A DNA stretch of 64,000 nucleotides, taken from sequence record OR513085.1; one strand, given 5' to 3'. This document shows positions 10,460 to 20,672 of the stretch, one piece after another. The first letter of the stretch is position 1. Each line of letters opens with the position of its first letter. Below the pieces are notes generated by a model that saw nothing but the letters and a program-made list of their open reading frames with translations, made no database searches and was not told where the DNA came from. The translations under genes were made by a program, and so were the position numbers.

Positions 10460-10711
10460 ATGATAACTAACAGAGACTCTCTGCATAAATTCAAGGTTCA
10501 GAACTTCAAGGATTCAAACTACAACGTTCCTAGGAATAAGTTTGAACAAGTTCTGTACCGCCTGGTTCCTGAATACATATTTAAAGCAGAAAATAAATTG
10601 ACTTCGTTGTTTTCAAATGGTCTAGCACTTATGGCTACTTTGCTTACTGGATTGATTGAATACAACGAGCACTACTTCGAGAACCACGAACGTAGATTTA
10701 ACAACAAATAG
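10460..10711 (+). CDS. small hypothetical protein in the baseplate block
   Basis: operonic position. Confidence 0.55.
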   Translation: MITNRDSLHKFKVQNFKDSNYNVPRNKFEQVLYRLVPEYIFKAENKLTSLFSNGLALMATLLTGLIEYNEHYFENHERRFNNK

Positions 10712-10716
10712 AACTT

Positions 10717-13464
10717 ATGATTGTACTTGATACAAAAGACTCAAGCAGAATTAACGATATAGTCTACTTTGAAGACACTTCCATAAAGCTAGTTGCATCC
10801 AAGCAACTAGCTATTCTGGTTAAAATACCGCATGCTACATTTACGTTAGACAATGGCGACGTTTTTAAGTTTTTTGAAGTTGACAGAGCTACCAGAAACA
10901 TTACAAACAAATTTACAACATTCAATTCTACGTCTACTACTAGAGTTGGCGATAATTACTTGCATATCGTAAATATCCTGGCTACTTCTGAAACTGAAGG
11001 CCAATACATGGATGTTATTTCCGGACAATCTGGTCCTGAAAATTTTGAGGCAGTACTACAACTTACTACAATTGACGAAGAAGACAGATTTGCAGTAGCT
11101 TTAGCAAACAACAAATTCTACATTAACGATAAGTTTTTGCATACATTCAAGGATGCTGACATTAACGAAGCGTTCACTGACTTTAAGCTACTAAATGAAA
11201 AGCGCAGAGAGTTGCTGTTAGACTTGTTCAGTATAAAATCGTTTATCGGAGTTTACTATGGACTTGTAAATGCTCTAAAATATTTTGGCTACGATGATGA
11301 CGTTATTATCAAAGAATTTTGGACTTACTTCGATTCTAGACTAGAGGACAATGTGCTTGTTAGGAAAAACATAGAGGAGGATGTTTCTAAACTTACAAAA
11401 GGCTACAACAAAACTAACATGTTCAACATTACGTACAGGATTAATGATGTTACTGGCGATTATGGTCCGGATGACTTGCCTGAATTAACTATGAACTTCT
11501 TTAATGACTACGAAGCTCTGGTTAAGATGAACAACTTACGAATTATTCTGGAAACTTATTTCCTTCCTGCGCATGCAATGATAGTTGAGATTGTCGGCGA
11601 ACATATTTCATTCTACAAATCCGGAATGGCTTACTACTTCCATGCAGCTTTCATTCATTACTATTGCACAGAAGTCAAAGGAATTTACGATAGCACAGTT
11701 TACAAATATCACGAAGATTTGCAAGTTGATCTTTGGGAACCTCACAATCCGGCTGTTATCATGGATACGTACGCGGTACGTCTACGTAATATTTTCCCAG
11801 TCAAAAAGCCATCGAATATGGACAATGCATTGTATACGTTCTATGAAGATAACTTTGCATGGGCTAAAGTCAAATTTAACCAGGCGTTCTACGACTTTAT
11901 GCAAACATGTACAATGGTGCTAGTAGACGATAAAAACAGAGAAGTCTTAAAAATTGAGGACGTTACTGAGCCTGAGGTTTTGTTAGGATTCCTACATGAA
12001 GGTGAGTATACGTTGAAAACTATATGCACTGATAAGTACAACTTAATTCACGTTTACTACCTTAAGCTAACAACTGAATTCGTCAGACATCAATTTGACG
12101 TTTTTACTGTTAAGAATTCGTTAAATTACAAAGAGCCACTAGAACGTACGCATTTTGCTACAACTAAGGAAGCTTTTGAATATTTTGCATGGCTAAAGAA
12201 TGCTAAAGCTTTTAATGATGATATCGTTAAGCTACAATACTCAGGACTACAAACAATCGAAGCGTACTCTTCGCATAAGCCTGGCAAAGGAATGCAAAAC
12301 TACTACGACTACAAAGATGGTCAATATCCGTTTATGAAGGACATGGTAGCTGCATTACAACCTTACCGCTTCGTTACACAGAACTTAGCTACAATTAACA
12401 AGTTTGACATCGACACAGAAAAATATGCCAGGATTCCAAAAGAACTTTATGCATCGCTAAACAAAGCATACTTAACGTTTTATGCTTACGTTGAGCAAGG
12501 CCAGAACGTCATTGACATTGAGCTTAATGGAGCTATCGGCAAATTTACGTTTTACGCATCTACTATTGATCTTAACTCAATGGAGAACTCAGTAGTTAGA
12601 CAATTTATGCTACAAGCTAACGACAACTACAACAAAGACATTGGCATACTAAAAGCTTTTGATTGCTATTGCTATCCAATTGTTGACGCTGAAACGCAGA
12701 ACGTTCGGCATATAGTTACGTTAATTGCTAAAGAGCCTAGTGACGTAACAACTACAAAAGCTATAACATCAGCTAACGTTGACCAAACTTACAAAAACTT
12801 AATTTCACATTCAGGAGCTTTTGCATACTTTAATGTTTACGATGGCATGTATATCGGCAAAAACATTGAGTTACGTTTAGCCGACAAAGCATACTACTAC
12901 AGAAGCACTACGGATATTACAGATATTACCCAGTTAGTTACGTTAATAAACGGAATGTTTAAGCAATATGAACGTTTAGCTAGGTTTGAGGCTTTTGCAT
13001 TAGACGATCATACGATTTTTATAAACGGCGACAACTCATTTACGTTTAGCGTCGGCGAAAATGTTTGGTGTTCTGGATCAACTCACGACCATGTAGTTAA
13101 CGACCTCATCAAAATTCCACCGGGCGTAGACATCATGCAATATTCTTTAGTTTTCGCAAAAATCAACGAAACTGCGTTATCTAGGCCGCATGACATTACT
13201 TGGAGGCTGTATGAAAATTCTGGTAATGACCGTAACTTAGTTTATACGTCTACCGACTATTTCTTCCAGTACTTAGTCAAGGACAAATCATCGTATAGCC
13301 TAGAATTGGAGTATTACGACAAGCCTACTTACATGGCAGGTGATATTGTGAATGCTGAGAAATTTAAGCGTACTGTAGAAAAGCCAGGAGTATTCTTGAC
13401 TACAAACAACATTTTCGACACACTTTATAAGAAATTTACAGAATCACTGTATAAAAACAGATAG
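10717..13464 (+). CDS. baseplate protein (gp7/gpI-like)
   Basis: FIGVYYGLVNALKYFGY resembles the KGT..GL...L motif; follows the gp6-like gene. Confidence 0.5.
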   Translation: MIVLDTKDSSRINDIVYFEDTSIKLVASKQLAILVKIPHATFTLDNGDVFKFFEVDRATRNITNKFTTFNSTSTTRVGDNYLHIVNILATSETEGQYMDVISGQSGPENFEAVLQLTTIDEEDRFAVALANNKFYINDKFLHTFKDADINEAFTDFKLLNEKRRELLLDLFSIKSFIGVYYGLVNALKYFGYDDDVIIKEFWTYFDSRLEDNVLVRKNIEEDVSKLTKGYNKTNMFNITYRINDVTGDYGPDDLPELTMNFFNDYEALVKMNNLRIILETYFLPAHAMIVEIVGEHISFYKSGMAYYFHAAFIHYYCTEVKGIYDSTVYKYHEDLQVDLWEPHNPAVIMDTYAVRLRNIFPVKKPSNMDNALYTFYEDNFAWAKVKFNQAFYDFMQTCTMVLVDDKNREVLKIEDVTEPEVLLGFLHEGEYTLKTICTDKYNLIHVYYLKLTTEFVRHQFDVFTVKNSLNYKEPLERTHFATTKEAFEYFAWLKNAKAFNDDIVKLQYSGLQTIEAYSSHKPGKGMQNYYDYKDGQYPFMKDMVAALQPYRFVTQNLATINKFDIDTEKYARIPKELYASLNKAYLTFYAYVEQGQNVIDIELNGAIGKFTFYASTIDLNSMENSVVRQFMLQANDNYNKDIGILKAFDCYCYPIVDAETQNVRHIVTLIAKEPSDVTTTKAITSANVDQTYKNLISHSGAFAYFNVYDGMYIGKNIELRLADKAYYYRSTTDITDITQLVTLINGMFKQYERLARFEAFALDDHTIFINGDNSFTFSVGENVWCSGSTHDHVVNDLIKIPPGVDIMQYSLVFAKINETALSRPHDITWRLYENSGNDRNLVYTSTDYFFQYLVKDKSSYSLELEYYDKPTYMAGDIVNAEKFKRTVEKPGVFLTTNNIFDTLYKKFTESLYKNR

Positions 13465-13466
13465 AC

Positions 13467-15221
13467 ATGGCATTCCACACCGAAATTGGCGCTAGGCCAG
13501 TACTTTTACATATTCAAAATGACACCGCTTACGAAATTCGTTTTCGTAGACCTATGCGTGATCATATTAAATTCATAAACTTTGACGACCAGGCCTCTTC
13601 GGAGGCTAAGGTTCGTTATGCTATTTCATATTCGTTCGACAACCGCAATTGGTCGCCATACGACCCTGATATGCTAGGCGTTCCTGCATACATTGAAATG
13701 CATAAACAAACATCAGGATTAGAACAATTCTGGCTAAAATTTAAGATCATTTGCGACTTTACTGAAGCCGATGACTTTTACCGATTGTTTTGCATCGACG
13801 TTAATGGCGTAGCAATAAGCCCAGCGGACTTAGCATTCAGCGAAATATCTACTTACAGAGGCATTACAAATTCACATAAAAAGAACCTGTTTAAGCCCTA
13901 CGCCAACCTTGATACTTCGATTGACAGAATGCTGGCAATGGCTAATGTTACAAATGAAGTTTTTGGCCACGAAGTGTTCTATGTTAAAGTCAAAGAAGTC
14001 GATGAGTCATTTAATGCAACATTCAAAACGTATGCTAAGTTTGTAGCGGACTCAATCAAAAAGATCAAAGTGTCTATACCAGACAACGACTTCAAAGCTA
14101 ACACGCTAGTTTATTCTGAATTTAATGTTGAGTATGAGCAAGACTTAGCTGCACATATTGTTTTGGAAGAATTTCAACGAGCTTTTGGAATCGGCGCATA
14201 TCCGCAGGCAAAGGACATCATATACATTCCGCAGGTTGGTCGAACGTACGATGTTGTTGCAGCTAACAGCGAACTACAGCTTGGCAACGTTCCTGTTTAC
14301 TCAATTGCTAAGTTACGTAAACACGTTACTTCTACAGATGTTTTTACTGATGGTGTTATCAATGATGCAGGATTCGACATTAACCAAGCATTAGACTACG
14401 GAATTAACGACTTTGAAAATTCAACATCTGCATCAGGTGATGAGGGTATGATTGTTTCAGAAAACAACGATCCTTATTTGTCAGTAGACGATGATAACGG
14501 GCAAAAAACAGGCAACATAATTTCAGATGCTAACGTAGAAGGTTTGCAGGCTCAAAGCTTACAAGACTATTACTACTTAAAAAATCATGATGCTATACGA
14601 CTTTACACTCATAAAAGTTTAGAAGTCATGAACCAACCGCTAAAAATTAACGATGCTCCAATATTTTTCCGTTACTACAAACCTACATTACGTACAGACG
14701 GCATAGTTATCCAATACACTAGAGTTAAGATAGTCAATCCTGCCAAGTTTTTTAACTTATCGTTGTGGTTTAAGTCAACAAAAGATAGTCACAGAATTAT
14801 TAGCTTCTACAACATTTTGTTACGTAAGCAAGGCAATAACGTAGAGTTAGTAGATAGCAAAACAAACGAAATGTTATCAAGCATAGCGTTAGCAGATGAT
14901 TCGTTGTGGCATTTCGTAGATGTCAATATTAACGTAGAAACTATGATGCTTAATTTTTCAGTTTTTGCATATGACCAAGTAGCCGTAGAATTTAAGCTAG
15001 TGCGTGAAGAATGGGCTAAGTCAACGCTGATAAAGACTAATAAATATATTGACAAACTATTCGTATACAGTGGTATGCTGTTTTCAAATGTTAAGCTTTA
15101 TGCCAAGTCATTTGAGAACGACCAGCTAATTTCGTTAGCAGTAGACCGAACGTTCAACGTTGATGGCAAAATTGTTATTGACACAGTGTTCGACATTGCT
15201 AAACCTACTGAAGACATCTAA
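13467..15221 (+). CDS. neck/head-closure protein (T4 gp14-like) with C-terminal LamG-like domain
   Basis: FGHEVFYVK and PQAKDIIYIP resemble gp14; FNLSLWFKS...WHFV suggests a ConA/LamG fold. Confidence 0.55.
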   Translation: MAFHTEIGARPVLLHIQNDTAYEIRFRRPMRDHIKFINFDDQASSEAKVRYAISYSFDNRNWSPYDPDMLGVPAYIEMHKQTSGLEQFWLKFKIICDFTEADDFYRLFCIDVNGVAISPADLAFSEISTYRGITNSHKKNLFKPYANLDTSIDRMLAMANVTNEVFGHEVFYVKVKEVDESFNATFKTYAKFVADSIKKIKVSIPDNDFKANTLVYSEFNVEYEQDLAAHIVLEEFQRAFGIGAYPQAKDIIYIPQVGRTYDVVAANSELQLGNVPVYSIAKLRKHVTSTDVFTDGVINDAGFDINQALDYGINDFENSTSASGDEGMIVSENNDPYLSVDDDNGQKTGNIISDANVEGLQAQSLQDYYYLKNHDAIRLYTHKSLEVMNQPLKINDAPIFFRYYKPTLRTDGIVIQYTRVKIVNPAKFFNLSLWFKSTKDSHRIISFYNILLRKQGNNVELVDSKTNEMLSSIALADDSLWHFVDVNINVETMMLNFSVFAYDQVAVEFKLVREEWAKSTLIKTNKYIDKLFVYSGMLFSNVKLYAKSFENDQLISLAVDRTFNVDGKIVIDTVFDIAKPTEDI

Positions 15222-15231
15222 AAATCTACAC

Positions 15232-16008
15232 ATGAGAAAAGGAGGACCAGGAGGTTCCGGAGGCTTTGATATCGGAAGCCTCATGGAACAATCCGATGAA
15301 ATGCTACAGATAATGGAGGACAACTATGACAAACTCCATGTCAAAGAGAACAACGCAACAATTAAACGAGATATTCAAACTTTTATCGACGGCTTAGTTA
15401 AGCAAAGATTACGTGATGCCGATATAAGCCATGCTAAATTTGCTATCGACATGCTAGTCAAAATGGAAGCTAGAACGTTGATATCTGCATACAAGCAAAA
15501 TATTTACTTGGAGCACCTTATTGACACTTTGATGGTAAGGATTGACGAATCTAATGGTGGCGGTGTTGGCGAGTACTATGCAATCATGCACTTACAGGAT
15601 GCGCTACTTAAGGCGCAATCATACTTAATGCTTACAGTACGTCAGCTACCAGTAAACATTCAGAATACTGTACAATCAATGGTCGACACATTCCAAATTG
15701 AAGTTGAAGAAATTGAGGCTGCTGGAGGTTCTGGACCAGTTATGATTGGCAAAACATCTGCATTACTTGAATCGCTAGACACTATCAAAAAGGAGGTAGA
15801 AGTTCAAAACGCTGAGATTGACGAAATGAAGCCGGACGAATTGCCAAAAGAATGGATTGTTACTGATGATGCGTTAATTGCTACAGACAACCCAGATGCT
15901 GCAATAGCTATGGACAAAGCTAACAGAACTGGAGCGTTTGCAGATGCTGAGATATTGCCAGGACAAAAACAATTTGATGATGATGAGTTTGACGACGATG
16001 AAGACTAG
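15232..16008 (+). CDS. helical protein with acidic C-terminal tail
   Basis: likely start ATG 15232; ends DDDEFDDDED. Confidence 0.65.
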   Translation: MRKGGPGGSGGFDIGSLMEQSDEMLQIMEDNYDKLHVKENNATIKRDIQTFIDGLVKQRLRDADISHAKFAIDMLVKMEARTLISAYKQNIYLEHLIDTLMVRIDESNGGGVGEYYAIMHLQDALLKAQSYLMLTVRQLPVNIQNTVQSMVDTFQIEVEEIEAAGGSGPVMIGKTSALLESLDTIKKEVEVQNAEIDEMKPDELPKEWIVTDDALIATDNPDAAIAMDKANRTGAFADAEILPGQKQFDDDEFDDDED

Positions 16009-16049
16009 ATACTAAACAACATTTACATTTTTACGAACATAACTTTCAG

Positions 16050-16076
16050 GGCTGTTTATATTGATTATAAACAGCC
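16050..16076 (+). terminator. hairpin terminator, identical to 34589-34615
   Basis: GGCTGTTTATA-TTGAT-TATAAACAGCC followed by T-rich sequence. Confidence 0.75.
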
Positions 16077-16100
16077 TTTGTTGTGTAAAGTTTTTGCCTA

Positions 16101-16136
16101 AATATTTTCAGATGTCGTAAAAAAGTTATAAATTTA
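16101..16136 (+). promoter_or_regulatory. phage early-type promoter
   Basis: AATATTTTCAGATGTC-N12-TAAATTTA. Confidence 0.7.
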
Positions 16137-16170
16137 TACTATAATTAAAAACAAATAAAAATACCTTAAC

Positions 16171-16452
16171 ATGGCAACGACTACAACAATCCTAGAAAAC
16201 GAAGTACTTACAACAATCCAAGCAATGGACAATTACAATCCGGACGAACCTACTGAAGCATTCTACGGAACTCTTGAAACTAGCGACTTTTCTGAAGGGA
16301 TGTTCAAGACTAAAAGATCACTAGGCGGAGTAGTTGCTTCACTAGTTAAGAAAGGCTTAATTATGGTTGAACAAACGGAAGTTGAAAATATCATGGCTTT
16401 TACTGAAGCCGGAGAGACATATATTAACGAAAATGGCTTAGTTATCGACTAA
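16171..16452 (+). CDS. small winged-helix-like protein, paralogue A
   Basis: SLGGVVASLVKKGLI...FTEAG; paralogous to 16562. Confidence 0.7.
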   Translation: MATTTTILENEVLTTIQAMDNYNPDEPTEAFYGTLETSDFSEGMFKTKRSLGGVVASLVKKGLIMVEQTEVENIMAFTEAGETYINENGLVID

Positions 16453-16487
16453 GCCATTTTTGCATTTTATTTGAAAATAGCTGCAAA

Positions 16488-16523
16488 AATATTTTCAGAT
16501 GTCAAATAATTTTCTTATATTTG
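16488..16523 (+). promoter_or_regulatory. phage early-type promoter
   Basis: AATATTTTCAGATGTC-N12-TATATTTG. Confidence 0.7.
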
Positions 16524-16561
16524 TATTATACAAAAATCAAACAAATAAAAAATACCTTAGT

Positions 16562-16906
16562 ATGGCAACTACAGAACAAAACAACATTACACTAACAGAA
16601 TTAGAAATCGAAGTATTTAAAACTATCCAATATTCGGATTATTTTGAAGCAGAAGACCCTACAGGACTAATTTGGACACTAGATTGCAATGATTTTAAGG
16701 AAGGCTTGTTTAAATCAAAGAAAGCTTTAGGCGCAGTAATGGCATCTCTTAGTAAGAAAGGACTAATTATTTGCTATCCTGATGGTAGAGATTCTGTATG
16801 CGGATATACTATTCCAGGCTTAAAATTACTTATACGTTTAGGATTGGCAAATGACCATAATATGGTTCCATTCACTGAATACATTAGCAACAGACAAGGG
16901 CTTTAA
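16562..16906 (+). CDS. small winged-helix-like protein, paralogue B
   Basis: ALGAVMASLSKKGLI...YTIPG; likely start ATG 16562 after the same AAATAAAAATACCTT leader as gene 16171. Confidence 0.7.
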   Translation: MATTEQNNITLTELEIEVFKTIQYSDYFEAEDPTGLIWTLDCNDFKEGLFKSKKALGAVMASLSKKGLIICYPDGRDSVCGYTIPGLKLLIRLGLANDHNMVPFTEYISNRQGL

Positions 16907-16936
16907 AAGTCCTTGTCTTTAAATAACATAAACATC

Positions 16937-17200
16937 ATGACAGAACAAGAGAAAAAGATAAAGCAAGGAGTAGACTCGATTATAGAGGACGTTAAGGAAA
17001 TGTTGCCTAATGCAGGAGAGCCTGAAGTAAATGAAGTTGCTGCATACATAGCAAATTCAAAGTTTATTTCAGCCAACCGAACGTTAGACATTGCTAAACA
17101 AAGCAATAAGTACGTTTATGACGCTACTTATGCAGAAGCTGATGCTAACATAGCGTTACTAGAGTCTGTAGCATTTGAATTATTAGGACGTAAATACTAA
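16937..17200 (+). CDS. hypothetical protein
   Basis: likely start ATG 16937. Confidence 0.65.
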   Translation: MTEQEKKIKQGVDSIIEDVKEMLPNAGEPEVNEVAAYIANSKFISANRTLDIAKQSNKYVYDATYAEADANIALLESVAFELLGRKY

Positions 17201-17207
17201 CAACGAT

Positions 17208-17369
17208 ATGAGCAAAGTACATTTTATGATTTTAGTAGCACTTTTTACGCCAACCGCTATAGCTTTACTTGGCTATGCAATTTGGTCACGTCATAGCTAC
17301 TTTAAGCAATTCATGGCTGAACGTAAAGAACGTAAGAAGCATAACAAAAACTACAAACAAATAAAATAA
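17208..17369 (+). CDS. 53-aa membrane protein (not in ORF track)
   Basis: MSKVHFMILVALFTPTAIALLGYAIW...basic tail; fills the gap. Confidence 0.55.
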   Translation: MSKVHFMILVALFTPTAIALLGYAIWSRHSYFKQFMAERKERKKHNKNYKQIK

Positions 17370-17373
17370 CAAT

Positions 17374-17727
17374 ATGAGCACTGACATAGTTAAAAACGAA
17401 CTGCCTACAGTAGATTATGTAACTACCGAACAACTTAAAAGTCTAGGCTTTACTAGTGATCCGGACAGACCTGATTCAGAATGGTCTGAATATCTAAACC
17501 TTGTGCATAATGGCATAACTTTTCATGCTAGCTGCAATAACCGCAAAAGTCCTCAGAAATGCTTTAGAATTGAGTTGCTAGGATGGCAGCCGGAGAAGTA
17601 TGCAATTAAAGGTCAACTACTAAACCAAGGATTGCCTCAGCTAATTAAGTTTATGGTAGATATTTCCTTGTTAGTTGGTATGTTAAGAACAAAGAGAGAA
17701 TTTGAAAACTGGTTAGATAGTAAATAG
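17374..17727 (+). CDS. hypothetical protein
   Basis: ORF with A-rich leader. Confidence 0.65.
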   Translation: MSTDIVKNELPTVDYVTTEQLKSLGFTSDPDRPDSEWSEYLNLVHNGITFHASCNNRKSPQKCFRIELLGWQPEKYAIKGQLLNQGLPQLIKFMVDISLLVGMLRTKREFENWLDSK

Positions 17728-17753
17728 TAGTAAACTACAATTATAATAAGAAT

Positions 17754-18698
17754 ATGGACGTACAATATTTCAAACAATTAAAGCACATCTTACATAACGG
17801 AGTAAGCAAAGGGGACCGTACTGGGACCGGCACGAAGTCAGTTTTTGGCTACCAAATGAGATTCGATATGCATGACGGTTTTCCGTTGTCTACAACAAAA
17901 AAGACTCACTGGAAGTCGATAATGCATGAATTAGTTTGGTTCCTTAGAGGCGAGACTAATATCGGCTACCTTAAAGAAAATGGGGTAAGTATCTGGGATG
18001 AATGGGCTGATGAAAACGGTGACTTAGGCCCAGTTTACGGTAAACAATGGAGGTCATGGCCAAATCCTAATGGCGATGAAATCGACCAAATTAAGCAAGT
18101 AATTCATGACATTGAGCATAACCCGTATTCTCGCAGACACATTGTGACTGGCTGGAATCCTTCAGTTTTGCCAGACCCGTCAAAATCATTCGCAGAAAAC
18201 ATAGCTAATGGAAAGCAAGCTTTGCCTCCTTGTCACTTGCTATTCCAATTTGACGTACAGCCCATTGACTATATTATGGTTGATGGTGAGTATGCATATC
18301 ATTTTGAAGGTAAGTTACGCAAAACTGGAAAAACTAAAGCATCTGACTTAGTTTTGTTACCTCAAAACTTTTTGAATGTTCAGCTATACATGAGGTCGGT
18401 CGACACGGGTCTTGGGGAACCTTTCAATATAGCATCATATGCAGCGCTACTTCATATTATTGCACATTTTACTAAAACTCAGCCAGGTGTATTTGTGTTA
18501 AGTACAGGAGATACTCACATTTACAACAACCACATTGACAAAATAAAAGAATTGTTGACTCGTGACCCTAAAAAATACAAATTGCCTACAATCAAAATTG
18601 CACCGTCGCTAAAAGACATCGATGAACTTGAGTTTGATGATGTTATGATTGAAGGTTATGAGTCTTACCCTCACATTAAAATGGATATTTCAGTATGA
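17754..18698 (+). CDS. thyA: thymidylate synthase
   Basis: DRTGTGT, ELVWFL, RRHIV, PPCH, RSVD..LG.PFN (dUMP-specifying Asn), GDTHIY. Confidence 0.97.
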   Translation: MDVQYFKQLKHILHNGVSKGDRTGTGTKSVFGYQMRFDMHDGFPLSTTKKTHWKSIMHELVWFLRGETNIGYLKENGVSIWDEWADENGDLGPVYGKQWRSWPNPNGDEIDQIKQVIHDIEHNPYSRRHIVTGWNPSVLPDPSKSFAENIANGKQALPPCHLLFQFDVQPIDYIMVDGEYAYHFEGKLRKTGKTKASDLVLLPQNFLNVQLYMRSVDTGLGEPFNIASYAALLHIIAHFTKTQPGVFVLSTGDTHIYNNHIDKIKELLTRDPKKYKLPTIKIAPSLKDIDELEFDDVMIEGYESYPHIKMDISV

Positions 18699-19165
18699 CA
18701 AAACAAGAATATGACAAGAATCATGGCTTCTTCAAAAGCCATGATTCTGAAATAACTAAATTATGCAATGAAGCTAGTGTAAACTATAATTACTTTATTG
18801 CAAACTTTACTAACCAAATGTCAAAATATGCTAAGCTTAACATTATGTTAGCTAACATAGAACGTTGTGATTTTGACGATAATATGTCAACTAAAGCGAT
18901 TTTAAACAAAGCTATAGTATGCAGTAAAGAATCTGAGTTAGCGAATACTACTGACCAACTTAATTTAGTTAGGTCTAAAATATTTGACTTTTTAGATGGC
19001 ATTACAGCTGAATGCGTTTACAAAATAATTATGCTGCCTATATTTGACTACGGATTTATTTTTAGTGCACGTAAATATGGCTACAAAAAGTCAAAATATA
19101 ATGGCATAGTAAATTTAGATTTGGCTATGGAGTATGCTAAATACAGACTTTCAAAATCGTTATAA
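18695..19165 (+). CDS. hypothetical protein
   Basis: translationally coupled to thyA. Confidence 0.65.
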   Translation: MTKQEYDKNHGFFKSHDSEITKLCNEASVNYNYFIANFTNQMSKYAKLNIMLANIERCDFDDNMSTKAILNKAIVCSKESELANTTDQLNLVRSKIFDFLDGITAECVYKIIMLPIFDYGFIFSARKYGYKKSKYNGIVNLDLAMEYAKYRLSKSL

Positions 19166-19167
19166 CA

Positions 19168-19644
19168 ATGAACAAAGTAATGTACATAAGCCAGGCATTC
19201 CTGGACCAAATAAAAGCCAAGTCAGTCAACGGAGATTCCGTGGCTGACGAATGGCTAGAAATATTTCAGAAAGTAAAGCTTTTCGTCTATGGCGAAACTA
19301 TTAGAGATTTATCTGAAATGGAGAATTTCGTAGATGGTATAGTTATTGGCGTAGAGCCTACTAAGTTTGAAAGCTTTGACGTTAATTACGCTATTGGCGA
19401 TGACGTTCTAACTTACGAACTATACAACCAACACAACGATCTTAGTTATTATGCAATTAGCCTAGGCCAGCAACTAGATATGCACGAAAAACATATTTTG
19501 CCAGGCTACTATGAGGACTATAAAGTGCCAGAAGACTTAGTAGTTAGGTTCTTGGTCGATGAGGTCGATGCCTTAGATATGCTAGCAAAACAGTATAATA
19601 AAATTCTAAAATTCGACATCAATGAACCAAATAACCACTTATAA
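19168..19644 (+). CDS. hypothetical protein
   Basis: operonic ORF. Confidence 0.65.
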   Translation: MNKVMYISQAFLDQIKAKSVNGDSVADEWLEIFQKVKLFVYGETIRDLSEMENFVDGIVIGVEPTKFESFDVNYAIGDDVLTYELYNQHNDLSYYAISLGQQLDMHEKHILPGYYEDYKVPEDLVVRFLVDEVDALDMLAKQYNKILKFDINEPNNHL

Positions 19645-19840
19645 CTTAAAGTTTAAGCCTTATGGAATGCACGATAAACCATACATTTTAGTTAAGCATA
19701 CTGGAATAAAATTTGCAGTAGGCGAGCATGAATGGTACCCTACTAGTGAAGTCGTTAGAGTTGAGGATGAGCAAGGATATACTCATGATGCATTTCCAGA
19801 TGAACTAGAACCAATAAATACAGATAGTAATGATGCATAA
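19622..19840 (+). CDS. hypothetical protein
   Basis: operonic ORF. Confidence 0.6.
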   Translation: MNQITTYNLKFKPYGMHDKPYILVKHTGIKFAVGEHEWYPTSEVVRVEDEQGYTHDAFPDELEPINTDSNDA

Positions 19841-20672
19841 TAGCAAAGCTTACGAGCTAAAAGCAGAAAATATTTTCACACCTGAACAAATTGAGCATAT
19901 ACTTACTGCGGCAAACAGAACCGGCGAATTGACTGGAAAGCCATGGACTTATGTATCGTTTGTAGGCATTGACCCCTCAATAAATTCAACCGGCCTGACT
20001 TCAATAGGACTTTCAGTAGTTAACAGTAACGAAATTATACTGGATGTTAAGCATGCGATAATTCCGCCAGTTAAATTTGAAACTAGGCCTTATGTTACAT
20101 GTATGGACTACGAAAAAACATTACATGCTAACAGAACTAACACTGAGTTAGAGAATGCCAGGCTACATAACTTCCAGGCAATTGCAGAAATTTCTAAAAT
20201 GTTTGTTGGCCAGCAAGTAGCATTAATGGCAGTAGGTATTGAAGGTTTAAGCTACAATGCTAGATCGGGCAAACGTAACTCTTCAAGCAATGTTTATGAT
20301 CTTGCAGGATTGAATACACTAATTCGTGACCGAGTTACACTTTACCTTGAACAGCTCAAATACAATGGCCATGGTGTTCGTGAATTTGTTGCATCTTATC
20401 CACCAAAAACAGTTAAAGCTGGATTTATCCACGGTAACGCTGACAAGCATTTAATGTACAAAACATTTGAGCGTGATTACGGATTTGTAGAGGATGACCA
20501 AGTGTCTTGGCCTATCATAAAACGAGGAACTAACGAGTCTTACCTTTTTGACGTAGCAGATTCATATGCGATTGCCAAACGTGAAATGTTCGGATGGCTA
20601 GATGCTAATGTATTCCCTCCGCCGCCACCAAAAGTACGTAAACCAAGAAAAAAGAAAACTGACAATGAGTAA
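19830..20672 (+). CDS. RuvC-like Holliday junction resolvase
   Basis: VGIDPSINSTG, GIEGLSY, DVADSYAIA acidic catalytic motifs. Confidence 0.8.
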   Translation: MMHNSKAYELKAENIFTPEQIEHILTAANRTGELTGKPWTYVSFVGIDPSINSTGLTSIGLSVVNSNEIILDVKHAIIPPVKFETRPYVTCMDYEKTLHANRTNTELENARLHNFQAIAEISKMFVGQQVALMAVGIEGLSYNARSGKRNSSSNVYDLAGLNTLIRDRVTLYLEQLKYNGHGVREFVASYPPKTVKAGFIHGNADKHLMYKTFERDYGFVEDDQVSWPIIKRGTNESYLFDVADSYAIAKREMFGWLDANVFPPPPPKVRKPRKKKTDNE

